Origin: an uncultured delta proteobacterium
GTDB taxonomy: Bacteria > Desulfobacterota > Binatia > UBA9968
NCBI GenBank assembly: GCA_963771465.1
Contig: CAVYTU010000012.1
Coordinates: 206,642-270,641, forward strand
Direction: 5' to 3'
Length of the DNA: 64,000 nt
Positions 54,107 through 63,976 of the stretch are shown piece by piece. Each line of letters opens with the position of its first letter. Position 1 is the stretch's first letter. The notes under the pieces are model-generated. The model made no database searches, had not been told where the DNA came from, and saw only the letters and a program-made list of their open reading frames with translations. A program made the position numbers and the translations under genes.

Positions 54107-55798
54107 CTAGTCAGCGATTCGTTCCAAATTTTTCACGCCGAGCCGCAGCACGACAACGACCGTAACGATGGTGAGTGCTAACACGATCAAGAGCGGCGGC
54201 GCAATCGTCCAAAGCTCCGGCACCGCGACTTTGCCGCGGCGGAAGGCCAGCATCGATAACTCGTAAATCGGCCAGGCTTCGATCATCACGGCGACGCCGA
54301 TGAAGCCGATACTGACAATCATCGACACTGCGCCGCCGAAGCTGGTGGGAATTTCCGCGGCGTTCTCGTAATTGAAATTCGGATAGAGCGCGCCGAGGCC
54401 GACGCCGATGGCGGTGATGCCGAAGGTCATCAAGAAAATCGAGATCAACGACAAGGTCATCATCCACGGCGGCACCTTGAGCAAAAGGTTGCTGAGAAAA
54501 ATCAGCAACTCGCCCAGGCAAAAGAGCGGGATGAAATTTAGCCAAAATTTACTCCAGAGGAGTGAGCGCAGGGCGATGGGTGAGGTCTGCAGCAGCCAAA
54601 ACGCCTTACCTTCCAGACTCACGGCAGGGAAAGCGAAGCGCATGGCGATGGCGCTCAGGACGAAACCGGCAAGCGCCAAATTGGCGAACGAGACGATACT
54701 TCGGATAGTGCCGGCCGGCATCGGCGAGCGATCGAGCGGCAGGACCTTGAAATTGTACAGATAGACGACGATCAGGGCGACCAGGAGAAATAGCTGCGAC
54801 CACTGGGTGGTATCGCGCAGGAAAGTCTTGATGTCTTTCAACATGAGCGCGCGGGTGATCTCAGGAAATGGCCACGTGATTAATTCTAAAAGTCGATCAA
54901 GCCAGGCGAGCTTGCGCCGGCCTTGCCTGGATTCCTGCGCTTTGGACCAGCCGTCGAGATACACGGCGCCGGAAACCCAACTGGTGACGACTGGCAGAAA
55001 CAACGCGTAGCTTGCCAGCAGCGCGAAGAAAAATCCTTGTTCGGTGTCGCGCTTGAACAAACTGCCGGCGAGGATTTCCGCCGACCAACTGCTTGGCAAG
55101 TATGGCGACGAAGGCGTTTCCATGACGGTGAGAAACTGCACGAAGCTGCCGAAGGATTCCGGCTGTACCAACCGCTCGGGCTGGGAAAAGCGAAACAAGA
55201 AGTACATGATGAGAAAGGCGAACAGGCCGATGAAAAAAAGAATGTCGCGAATGCGCCGCGCCGGCAGGCAATAGACTAAGAGGTGAGTGATCAGTACACC
55301 GATCGAGGCGGGAACGACCAGGAATAGCGGCAAGATCATCGCCACCCACAGATAGAGAGTGACCCCGCCGCCAAATACCGCGCCGTATGCGGCGAAGATC
55401 GGCAAGCTGAAGAACAGCACCATCCAGGATGAATTCACCGTAGTGGCGATTAGCCGGGCGTAGAAAAAGGAACTTGGCGCTACCGGCGTTGATCGCACCA
55501 AGTCGAGATCGCGGGCGAGAAAAAAAGTCGACAACGCCGCGACCAAATTGCTGAACAGCAACATCGATAGGAAGGTCAGCAAAATGATCAACAAGAGCTG
55601 GTAGGCTAAAGCGGGACCGAGCTCATAGACGGTTTCGAAGTAACGCAGCACACGGCGAGTGAGCACAAACGTGCCGAACCAAAAGGCGGCGGCAAGAACA
55701 GCGAGCAGAAAACGGCGGCTCCAAGAAGTTCGGCCGCGAAAAAAATTGTTTTTCCACGTGAGCCAGAGCGGCGAGAGTAATAGGACGATTGTGGGCAT
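54107..55798 (-). CDS. Putative ABC-2 type permease (large, multi-TM)
   Basis: Many TM helices; KDIKTFLRD, SLEGKAFWLL...WSKF; follows an ABC ATPase. Confidence 0.8.
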   Translation of the reverse strand: MPTIVLLLSPLWLTWKNNFFRGRTSWSRRFLLAVLAAAFWFGTFVLTRRVLRYFETVYELGPALAYQLLLIILLTFLSMLLFSNLVAALSTFFLARDLDLVRSTPVAPSSFFYARLIATTVNSSWMVLFFSLPIFAAYGAVFGGGVTLYLWVAMILPLFLVVPASIGVLITHLLVYCLPARRIRDILFFIGLFAFLIMYFLFRFSQPERLVQPESFGSFVQFLTVMETPSSPYLPSSWSAEILAGSLFKRDTEQGFFFALLASYALFLPVVTSWVSGAVYLDGWSKAQESRQGRRKLAWLDRLLELITWPFPEITRALMLKDIKTFLRDTTQWSQLFLLVALIVVYLYNFKVLPLDRSPMPAGTIRSIVSFANLALAGFVLSAIAMRFAFPAVSLEGKAFWLLQTSPIALRSLLWSKFWLNFIPLFCLGELLIFLSNLLLKVPPWMMTLSLISIFLMTFGITAIGVGLGALYPNFNYENAAEIPTSFGGAVSMIVSIGFIGVAVMIEAWPIYELSMLAFRRGKVAVPELWTIAPPLLIVLALTIVTVVVVLRLGVKNLERIAD

Positions 55799-55854
55799 CT
55801 GTGGTTCTTCGAAATTGATCTTACTAGGCAATCCTTCGCGTTGCTCCGCTATTA

Positions 55855-55912
55855 TCGTGGTCGTGGTTCGTGCTCGTTTGAATCCGAACACGATCACGAG
55901 TCACGAACACGA
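55855..55912. repeat. Hexamer-repeat (TCGTG/CACGA) hairpin
   Basis: tcgtggtcgtggttcgtgctcgt, 12 nt, acgatcacgagtcacgaacacga. Confidence 0.6.
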
Positions 55913-56649
55913 TCCTCGTTTTCGCGGGTCAACTCGAGAAAGACGCTTTCGAGATTGCCTTTGAGACCGTTGCCGCCGCTGGCCTGCCGATGGATGTCCG
56001 CCATCGCGCCGCAAGCGATCAGGCGGCCTTTTTGGATGATGCCGATACGATGGCAAATCTCTTCGGCAACGCTGATGCTATGGGTCGATAGAAAAACCGT
56101 GGTGCCGTTGGCGGCCAGCGAACGAAACAGGTCTTTGAGCGTGCGCGCGCCTTTGGGGTCCATGCCGACCATCGGCTCGTCGATGATCAGAATGCGCGGT
56201 TCATGAATCAGCGCGGCGCAGACGACCAAGCGCTGTTTCATGCCGTGAGAGTAACTTTCAACTAGCTCGTCTTTCCACGGCGTGAGTTCCAAGTGGTTGA
56301 GCAGCTCGGCGCTTCTCGTTTCCAGCCGTTTGTTTTCGATGCGGTGCAGTTTGCCGACGAAGGCCAAGAATTCACTGCCGCTCAATTTCTCGTAAATAAA
56401 TGGCCGGTCAGGAATGAATCCCGAAATTGCTTTGGCTTTTTCCGGTTCCTTGATCACGTCGTATTCGCCAAGCAGAATCTGCCCGGAGCTAGGTTTAAGG
56501 ATCCCCATCATCGTGCGAATCGTCGTGGTCTTGCCGGCACCGTTGGGGCCGAGGAAGCCGAAGATCTCGCCGGCAGAGACTTCGAGATTGAGTTGCTCCA
56601 CCGCGGCGAGTTTGCCGTAGTATTTGGTGAGATTGATGAGTTGAATCAT
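55894..56649 (-). CDS. ABC transporter ATP-binding protein
   Basis: GPNGAGKTT, YSHGMKQR, IIDEPMVGMDP. Confidence 0.93.
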   Translation of the reverse strand: MIQLINLTKYYGKLAAVEQLNLEVSAGEIFGFLGPNGAGKTTTIRTMMGILKPSSGQILLGEYDVIKEPEKAKAISGFIPDRPFIYEKLSGSEFLAFVGKLHRIENKRLETRSAELLNHLELTPWKDELVESYSHGMKQRLVVCAALIHEPRILIIDEPMVGMDPKGARTLKDLFRSLAANGTTVFLSTHSISVAEEICHRIGIIQKGRLIACGAMADIHRQASGGNGLKGNLESVFLELTRENEDRVRDS

Positions 56650-56651
56650 CG

Positions 56652-58103
56652 CTACAGCACTTCGATTTTGAGATTGCCAATCAGTTGCAGCATATCGATC
56701 TGCCGGTCGATCTCGCCTTCGAGAAATTTGACATGCGTCACGTCGGCGGGGAATTGATTGAGTACCGAGTCGAGGGAAATCCACTCGCCGAGCCAAACTT
56801 CAGACCAGGCGTGATAAAAGAACGCGCCACGCAAATACACGACGCCGACGACGGTTTTCGCCGGGATACCGGCGGCGCGGGCGAGCGCGTTGAACAGTAC
56901 GGTGTGTTCGTTGCAATCGCCTTTTTTGCTCTCAAGCACTTGCAGCGCGTTGGGAATGCTCACCGTGGGTTGCTTGGCGATTTCATTATAGACCCAATCT
57001 TTGAGCTTCAGCGCGGCGCGTTCGGCATCGGTTTCGCCGTTCAAAATTTTCGCCGCCAGTACTTGGATGCGCGGATGATCGGATTGCAGGAACGGCGTCG
57101 GTTGCAAATACGACGAGAGGCGGGAATCTATGACCGGCAGCTTTTGCGCGGCGCGGCGCGCCGGATTCTCAAGGCGGATTTCTAGTTGATTGCCCCTCAA
57201 ACTCTGCCTGCCGCCATCAAGCGAAAAATTGCTCAAATTAACGCCGTTGAGTTTGAGCTCGATTGCGGTTCTCGACGATTGATTGATAACCGGTTTGGCT
57301 ACGGGAATAGAAGTTTGCGCAATCATATCGAGCGCGACGGCTCGTGACGGCAAGTTTCTCGCCTCATCGGCGCTTTGTCGCAGCATGGACAGACCCGCCG
57401 GCGATTCTTCCTTCAAAGTTCGCCCTTGACCGTCGACCCAGGAGACAACCGAGATGCCGCGAAAGCTTTGGCGCAACTTGATCGCCGCTTCCAAACGATT
57501 GCCGATTTTGATCTGTTCACGGCCTTCGATGACAACACTGGTTACTTGCTGCGCCAGGGTCGAGGGATCGAAAGTGGAGAAGAAAAATTTCTTGCCGGTC
57601 TCAAGCTGCTGGGTGACGACGTAGGGCTTGAGCGCGGCGAGCAGATAGGGTGCCTGGGTAAGGGTGATTTCTTGGGTCGATTGGTGCCCGGCGGAATCGA
57701 CTTCCACCGACAGCCGATTGCCGGTAACCACGCCGCGAGCGCTGAAGCGGATTTCCTTGGACTCGAGCTCGAAGTTGAAGCGCTGGAGAATCCATTCTTC
57801 ATTGGCGGTCATTTCAAGGCGTGTCGCGGCGGGCTGAATGGTGCCGAGTAAGTTTAAGTTCAAAACCGAGTGATCGCGCAGTTCGAAGCCCTTCGCGACG
57901 GGCGTGATCGTCTGGGTCGCGTAGCCGATTTTATCGCCGCGATAAAAAACACCCCACCATTCTTCGCTATGCGCGGTGATTGTCTCGCCGCCGCTGAGAG
58001 TCAGGATTGGCGGCGGCGCGGCGCTCTGGCGCTTGATGAGAAGAAAATTCATCACGCACCAAAAAAGCACCACTGAAATGCCAAGGGTTCGCTTAACAAG
58101 CAT
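56652..58103 (-). CDS. Membrane-anchored transglutaminase-like protein
   Basis: N-terminal TM; GDCNEH, YHAWSEV, WISLD (Cys-His-Asp triad). Confidence 0.88.
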   Translation of the reverse strand: MLVKRTLGISVVLFWCVMNFLLIKRQSAAPPPILTLSGGETITAHSEEWWGVFYRGDKIGYATQTITPVAKGFELRDHSVLNLNLLGTIQPAATRLEMTANEEWILQRFNFELESKEIRFSARGVVTGNRLSVEVDSAGHQSTQEITLTQAPYLLAALKPYVVTQQLETGKKFFFSTFDPSTLAQQVTSVVIEGREQIKIGNRLEAAIKLRQSFRGISVVSWVDGQGRTLKEESPAGLSMLRQSADEARNLPSRAVALDMIAQTSIPVAKPVINQSSRTAIELKLNGVNLSNFSLDGGRQSLRGNQLEIRLENPARRAAQKLPVIDSRLSSYLQPTPFLQSDHPRIQVLAAKILNGETDAERAALKLKDWVYNEIAKQPTVSIPNALQVLESKKGDCNEHTVLFNALARAAGIPAKTVVGVVYLRGAFFYHAWSEVWLGEWISLDSVLNQFPADVTHVKFLEGEIDRQIDMLQLIGNLKIEVL

Positions 58104-58145
58104 GGGGTAGAGCGGATATGGTAAGGCCTTCGAGTGATTGAATCA

Positions 58146-58640
58146 ATGTCGAAGTCCGATGAAACCCACGCAGCGGGCCAAAGCGCGAACAAATTTGCCG
58201 CCGACCGGATGCTCGGAAGGCTGGTCAAGTGGCTCCGAGTACTCGGTTGCGATGTGATCTATGGCCCGCACTTGACCGGCTACGGCTTGATCCGGGCGGC
58301 GCGGGCAGAGGAGCGTATGATTCTCACCCGCGACCGGCGCTTGAAACAAAAACAGCCGCCGGCGTTTATCATGATTGCAAGCGATGACTATCGCGAACAA
58401 TTGCGCCAGGTAGTGCGAGAATGTCGGCTGGATGTTGGCGCTGCGTTGTTCACTCGGTGTCTTAAGTGCAATTCGTTGCTTCAAGCGAGAGCGAAAGAGG
58501 CCGTGGCGAATCTCGTGCCGCCTTATGTCTTTTCGACGGAAGAGAGATTTTCCTGGTGTCCGTACTGCCAACGCAGCTATTGGCCCGGGACACACCAACA
58601 AAAGATGTTTGAATTGCTCGGCAAAATTGCCGTCCCGTGA
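58146..58640 (+). CDS. Mut7-C RNase (PIN-like) domain protein
   Basis: FAADRMLGRLVKWLRVLGCD, ILTRDR, TRCLKCN, CPYC..YWPGTH. Confidence 0.9.
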   Translation: MSKSDETHAAGQSANKFAADRMLGRLVKWLRVLGCDVIYGPHLTGYGLIRAARAEERMILTRDRRLKQKQPPAFIMIASDDYREQLRQVVRECRLDVGAALFTRCLKCNSLLQARAKEAVANLVPPYVFSTEERFSWCPYCQRSYWPGTHQQKMFELLGKIAVP

Positions 58641-58690
58641 TGTAGAATTCCAACGCATCGTGTGTTAAAAAAAATGGCTGTTCTTTTGCT

Positions 58691-58766
58691 TCCCCGGTAG
58701 CTCAGTTGGTAGAGCAGGTGACTGTTAATCACCGGGTCGGGGGTTCGAGTCCCTCCCGGGGAGCCA
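58691..58766 (+). tRNA. tRNA-Asn (GTT)
   Basis: TCCCCGG acceptor, TAGCTCAGTTGGTAGAGC D arm, ctGTTaa anticodon loop, GGTTCGAGTCC T arm, 3' CCA; 76 nt. Confidence 0.98.
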
Positions 58767-58868
58767 GATTTATTGCTCCGCTTCGAGCGATCCAACCAAT
58801 ATCTTCGACCGCAGCGGAGTTCGCTTATCCAAAGATTACCCGTTCTACTTGCAGCAGGAGGTCAAGCC

Positions 58869-61094
58869 ATGGCATCAGCGAAACAGGTCGTAGGCAATCC
58901 GACACCGAGAATCGATGGCGAGCTAAAAGTCAGCGGCCAGGCCAAGTACGCGGTCGATATCACATTGTCCGGCATGCTCTGGGGTAAACTGCTGCGCAGT
59001 CCGATCGCTTCGGGAAAAATAAAACGGATCGACACGGGCAAGGCGGCGGCGCTCAAAGGCGTGCGCGCGATCATCACCGGGGAAGACTGCGCGGGACTAA
59101 AAATCGGCCGGAAACTCTACGACATGCCGATCCTCGCCGACGGCGAAGTCCGTTTCATCGGCGAAAAGGTTGCGGCCGTGGCTGCCGACAGCGAAGATAT
59201 CGCCGAAGAGGCATTGAACCTGATTGAAGTCGAATATGAAGAGACCGAGCCGCTGCTCGACCCCGTGGCTGCGCTCATGCCGGGCGCGAAACTCCTTCAT
59301 CCAGATGTCGTGAACTATAAGGGGCTGCCTAAAGCTCTGAATGCGCCAACTAACGATTTTGTCTATGTCACCTGGAAGAAAGGTGATGTTGAGGCCGGCT
59401 TTCGCCAGGCGGATGTGATCCTCGAAAACAGCTTCACCACACCGGTGGTGCATCAGAGTTACATCGAGCCGCATTCCTGCGTCGTCAGCACGGCGGCCGA
59501 CGGCTCGGCGGAGTTCTGGTCGTGCAGCAAAGTGCCCTACGGCGTACGCGAGCAGGTTGCCAACGCGCTCAAGCTGCCGCAGGAAAAACTAAACTTTAAT
59601 CCTGTTTATATCGGCGGGGATTTTGGCGGCAAGGGCGACTTTATGGACCTCGCGGTGGTTTATCTATTGTCAAAGAAGGCGGACCGGCCGGTCAAACTTG
59701 TGATGGATTACGAGGAAGAATTCGCCGCGGGCAATCCCCGCCACGCTTCGATCATCCAGGTCAAAACCGGTGTAAAAAAAGACGGCACTCTGGTGGCGCA
59801 GCATATGGCCTTTATCTTCGACAGCGGCGCCTATGGCGCGTTCAAGCCCAACGCCTTTCTCAACGGCCCGCACTTGTCTGCCGGACCGTATAAGATTCCC
59901 CACGTATTTATCGAAGAACATATGGTTTACACCAACAAGATTCCTTGCGGTCATATGCGCTCGCCTGGCGACCCCCAGGGATTCTTCGCCAATGAAAGTC
60001 AGTTGGATATGATCGCGAAAGAGCTTGGCATGGACCCGATCAAGTTGCGCCAGAAAAACTTCATGCACGACGGCGATATCGATCCAACGGGCGAGGAGTA
60101 CAGTTATATTAAGACCGACGAGACCCTCAAAAAGGCGCTGGAGGATTCCGGCTATCAAAAGCCAAAGGCGAAAAATGTCGGGCGTGGCGTCGCGCTGGTG
60201 CAGTGGACGCCGGCCGGGGGCATCGGCACGGTCGCGATCTCGCTCGATGACAAAGGTGTGGCAACGATCTCCTCCGCCATGGCCGATCAAGGCGCGGGCA
60301 CTTACACTGTGCTGAGCGAAATCATCGCGGAAGAACTCAAGATCCCGTTCAGTCAGATCAAGATTCAGCAGTTGGACACGCAGACCGGTGTGAAAGATAC
60401 CGGTGTCGGTGGCAGCCGGGCGACGCGGGTCTACGGCAACGCCGGCTACGAGGCCGCACTGAAGGCCGTTGCTGCGATCAAACAAGAAGCGGCACGCCAG
60501 ATGGACGTGACGGCGGATCAAATTACACTTGCGAAGGGGGCGGCGCTGCATCCGCGCATGGAGCGGCGACTGACCTACGGCGAAATCGTCAAAGCTAAAG
60601 GATCGCCGATCGCCGTGGATGCGACTTTCAACGATAATTCCAAGATCCACGCGGCGTCTATGTGCGTCCAGGTGGCGGAGGTGGAAGTCGACCCGGACAC
60701 CGGACGGGTCGAGCTGAAGAAATTCACGTCGACTCATAACACTGGCACGGTGCTCAATCCGTTGATGCACCAGGGGCAGATCGAGGGCGCGAGCATGACA
60801 GGCATCGGCTACTCGCTGATGGAAGAAGTGATCATCAACGACGGTAAAGTCGCGACCACTCACTTCGGCGAATACAAGATTCCCACGATCAAGGATGTAC
60901 CGGTATTCAAAGGCTCGGTGACAGAGGCGCCGCATGGAGCCGGTCCCTATGACAGTATGCCGATCGGTGAGACCGGCAATATTCCCACGGCCGCGGCGAT
61001 CGCCAATGCTGTGCAAGACGCTTGCGGCGTGCGTATCACCAGCCTGCCGATCACGGCGGAGAAAATTTACCAAGCGCTGCACGGCGCGAAGTGA
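58869..61094 (+). CDS. Xanthine dehydrogenase family molybdopterin-binding subunit
   Basis: KVSGQAKY, YIEPH, GGDFGGK, GHMRSPG, GGSR, NPLMHQGQIEG, IGE; AGGAGG RBS. Confidence 0.92.
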   Translation: MASAKQVVGNPTPRIDGELKVSGQAKYAVDITLSGMLWGKLLRSPIASGKIKRIDTGKAAALKGVRAIITGEDCAGLKIGRKLYDMPILADGEVRFIGEKVAAVAADSEDIAEEALNLIEVEYEETEPLLDPVAALMPGAKLLHPDVVNYKGLPKALNAPTNDFVYVTWKKGDVEAGFRQADVILENSFTTPVVHQSYIEPHSCVVSTAADGSAEFWSCSKVPYGVREQVANALKLPQEKLNFNPVYIGGDFGGKGDFMDLAVVYLLSKKADRPVKLVMDYEEEFAAGNPRHASIIQVKTGVKKDGTLVAQHMAFIFDSGAYGAFKPNAFLNGPHLSAGPYKIPHVFIEEHMVYTNKIPCGHMRSPGDPQGFFANESQLDMIAKELGMDPIKLRQKNFMHDGDIDPTGEEYSYIKTDETLKKALEDSGYQKPKAKNVGRGVALVQWTPAGGIGTVAISLDDKGVATISSAMADQGAGTYTVLSEIIAEELKIPFSQIKIQQLDTQTGVKDTGVGGSRATRVYGNAGYEAALKAVAAIKQEAARQMDVTADQITLAKGAALHPRMERRLTYGEIVKAKGSPIAVDATFNDNSKIHAASMCVQVAEVEVDPDTGRVELKKFTSTHNTGTVLNPLMHQGQIEGASMTGIGYSLMEEVIINDGKVATTHFGEYKIPTIKDVPVFKGSVTEAPHGAGPYDSMPIGETGNIPTAAAIANAVQDACGVRITSLPITAEKIYQALHGAK

Positions 61095-61097
61095 CGC

Positions 61098-61646
61098 ATG
61101 GCAGCACTTCCGGGAACCATCGATCTCGGAAAGTTTCGGGTCGTCTACGAAGAACAGCGCGAGCGGCCGCCCGACCATTCGGACGGCTACCTTTTGCAGC
61201 AGCGCGCGATTATTCGTCTCAACGAAGATCTGGTCAAGCTAGTCGAGCGCGATGATTATACGGTTTACTGCGACGATGAGAAGTTTAAGCAGCAACATGG
61301 CAAGCGGCCCTCGCCGCTGCAATATTTCATCGCCTCAATCGGCTTTTGTATGTTTAGCCAGTTCAAGCGTCTGGCGGCAAAAGCTGGCATCGTCTTAGAC
61401 GATTTGGAAATGGATCTGCGCATGACTTATGACTTGACCGGCAGGTTTTCCATAAAGGACCTCTCGGATGCCGCTCAAGGGATCAACTACGTTTTTAAGA
61501 TGATTAGCCAGTCGCCGCTGGAGCACGTGATCCAAGTCGCCCAAGCTGCGGACAAGGGTTGCCACACTGTCAATTCCATGCGCAAGCGCATGCCAGTGTC
61601 GGGAAGGTTTACATTGAACGGTCGCGAGTACGCGGTTAGTGATTAA
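61098..61646 (+). CDS. OsmC-like protein
   Basis: PSPLQYFIASIGFC and C-terminal GCHTVNS two-Cys pattern. Confidence 0.75.
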   Translation: MAALPGTIDLGKFRVVYEEQRERPPDHSDGYLLQQRAIIRLNEDLVKLVERDDYTVYCDDEKFKQQHGKRPSPLQYFIASIGFCMFSQFKRLAAKAGIVLDDLEMDLRMTYDLTGRFSIKDLSDAAQGINYVFKMISQSPLEHVIQVAQAADKGCHTVNSMRKRMPVSGRFTLNGREYAVSD

Positions 61647-61732
61647 CGAATTTTGCGAAGAACAATTCATTGGCCCAGCTCACAGTCGGCGATCGCCTGA
61701 CCGCGCTATTGCATCGTTTGGTTGATGTGGAG

Positions 61733-62218
61733 TCAATGATCCCGCACTCCGACAATATCCAAAAGTTTGTGATTGACCGTCCGGTCCTCGTCGTATCGCG
61801 CCTGCCAGTCATCGCGGTAAAATGAATGAACGCACAGCAGGTCGACCGTTTGATTCTCGTTGACGCTGCTGAGTTTTGCTAGCATTTCTCGTGACAGCTC
61901 AGACTGGCGAAAAAAACGGGGCGGGTCAGAATGAAAGATGACAGTGACGAACCCTGGTTCGAGTTCAACCTCGAGGACTTTCCCTTCGCGCACGCTGCAA
62001 GCATACAGACCTTCTGCTTCCGACAGTGACAATTTGTAATTGCCCTTTCTCACTTGGCGATCGATCCAATGTTCAGCTACCGGCTTAGTTGGAATTCGAT
62101 CCTCGGCTGCTGCCGATGGGCCTCCGAGCACCAGCGAATTGATCGTGAGAAGCCAAGCGATATTTCGTCGGACAAATCTTCGGGCGCCCTGTTTTCGCAG
62201 CCGGTGTCGTGGCGTCAT
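61733..62218 (-). CDS. Hypothetical exported protein
   Basis: AGAGGA RBS before ATG 62218, signal-like segment ending SAAA; no recognised domain. Confidence 0.6.
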   Translation of the reverse strand: MTPRHRLRKQGARRFVRRNIAWLLTINSLVLGGPSAAAEDRIPTKPVAEHWIDRQVRKGNYKLSLSEAEGLYACSVREGKVLEVELEPGFVTVIFHSDPPRFFRQSELSREMLAKLSSVNENQTVDLLCVHSFYRDDWQARYDEDRTVNHKLLDIVGVRDH

Positions 62219-62249
62219 GGAAATATCCTCTCTGAGTAAATCGGTCTTT

Positions 62250-62969
62250 CTAAGGCATTTCGCTGCTATCCTCGTCAAACGAGATATCGAACGACAGCGC
62301 TTTGGCATTGGCGGAAAAAGTAACTTCGCCAAGCCGGTGCGCGAGAAAGTAGACGGATCCGACAGTTTCATAATCCTCCGGACGGTCATGCGCCTTTCCG
62401 TCGGCAAAGGGCGTAAGAATTTTGATCGGACGACCATCAAAGAACCCCAGAACATTGCGTTTGGCGAGCCATTCTTTAGCCGGCGCGTTATTGGCGCTGT
62501 TTTCGCGCTCGGCCACGGCCAGGTGCTCAGCGGTGTGGTAGAGCGCGACCAATTTCGGTTCGCGCAAGAGCTCGGCGAGAATTTCAGTGATCGATAGCTT
62601 GCGATATTTTTCCTCCCAAAGTTCCGTCGGGACGGCCAGGTGGGCGTGGTCGGCGTCCAAGGAAAATAGATAGCGCGCCGCGCCATTCTCCAATATCTGT
62701 TTTAAGTGGCGCGTGACTTCGCTGATGAACCGGCAGGGCGCGGCAAACTCTTTACTTTGGAAGTGTGCGACGAATTCACTCTTACCGTAGGAGCAAGCGC
62801 TCGTTTTTAGGGGATGGCGCAGGCGGCTGCCGAACAGTTCCTGGTAGCGATAGGCGGCGTCGATTTCCGTTGAAGTAAAAAACCAGCCGCCGTCCATGCC
62901 CAGCGCCGGCCCGGAAATATTAAGGATCATAACCGTCACAATTATTGCGAAACCTGTTCTGATCTTCAT
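62250..62969 (-). CDS. Hypothetical exported protein with His motifs
   Basis: AGGAG RBS, signal peptide (PALG), DADHAH and YHTAEH. Confidence 0.7.
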   Translation of the reverse strand: MKIRTGFAIIVTVMILNISGPALGMDGGWFFTSTEIDAAYRYQELFGSRLRHPLKTSACSYGKSEFVAHFQSKEFAAPCRFISEVTRHLKQILENGAARYLFSLDADHAHLAVPTELWEEKYRKLSITEILAELLREPKLVALYHTAEHLAVAERENSANNAPAKEWLAKRNVLGFFDGRPIKILTPFADGKAHDRPEDYETVGSVYFLAHRLGEVTFSANAKALSFDISFDEDSSEMP

Positions 62970-63069
62970 GTCAGCTCCTATTTGGCGGCTATTTCAGAGC
63001 ACTCTTCAGATACGGATTCATAAATTTTTGCTTCATGTGCATGAATTCATTTGCTCGCACCATGCGACT

Positions 63070-63976
63070 TTATGATTCGCCACCCGTCAGATCTTTCAGC
63101 AGCGCTTGGGTTTGCGCCGATAAGCTCACGCCAAGTTGACGGGTAAGGGCGCTGTGACAATGACGATAGACTTGCAACGTGTCACGTATGCCGCCCAAGA
63201 CGATGATAGAGACTCATGAGCTGGCGGCAGACGTTTTCGGCGCAAGGGTCGATGGTGAGGCACTGGTCGTAGCAGCGTAACGCGTCTTCGTCGCGCTCGT
63301 TCAATTCGAGCCGGTGGCCGATCAGAAAAAGTTGACTCAGCAGCCGGCGACGCAGGCGGTCCGCATATGGCTGAGCCCAACTGGCGCCTTGTTCCTCGTG
63401 CAGAAACGACCCTCGATGAAGTGTGACCGCGGTGGCCAGGCAACAAGCCATCGTGTCAAAGCTTTCCCGGGTTACGTATTGCTCGGCGCGCTCGAGCAGG
63501 CGCTCGACGACCCAAGCGTCGACCCAAACGTGGCGGGCATTGAGGCTGATATGATTGTCTTGGCGGACAATACCGTCGCGAACGCCGAGCAGGCGGCGCA
63601 GCCGATGGACGGTGCTGTTGAGACAAAAGCGAGCGAAATCGGCTTGGGCCTCGGGCCACAGGACGTCGATGAGCCGCGCTTCGCCGACTTGTTGACCCTC
63701 GAAGGCGAGTATCGCTTTGAGCAGCGACAGCGGCCGGCGCTGGACTTTGCCCGAGTAGCGCAGCGGTTCATTGGCGCGATGAATTTCAAATCTGCCAAGG
63801 GTAAAGATTTTTATCGGCCAAACCCTCGACTCGCCCAATGGATCGTCGAGAAATACAGTGGAGTCTGACACGTTAGATCTCCTGTTGTATTGCAGGCTTT
63901 TCAGACCGAGCGACGCTGTCAGGCCCAACTCGAAGATCATGGCCTTCCCCTGATAATTGTCGCGATTGCGAAACAC
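63070..63976 (-). pseudogene. SARP/BTAD-type transcriptional activator with a +1 frameshift near 63185
   Basis: IFTLGRFEI, LWPE, VHRLRRLL, WVDAW, RGSFL, DPCAE...LM; BTAD C-terminus continues in another frame to TAA at 63070-63072. Confidence 0.75.

Noticed and set aside
61098-61646. Selenoprotein OsmC
   Set aside because: The active-site codon is TGT (Cys); there is no in-frame TGA.
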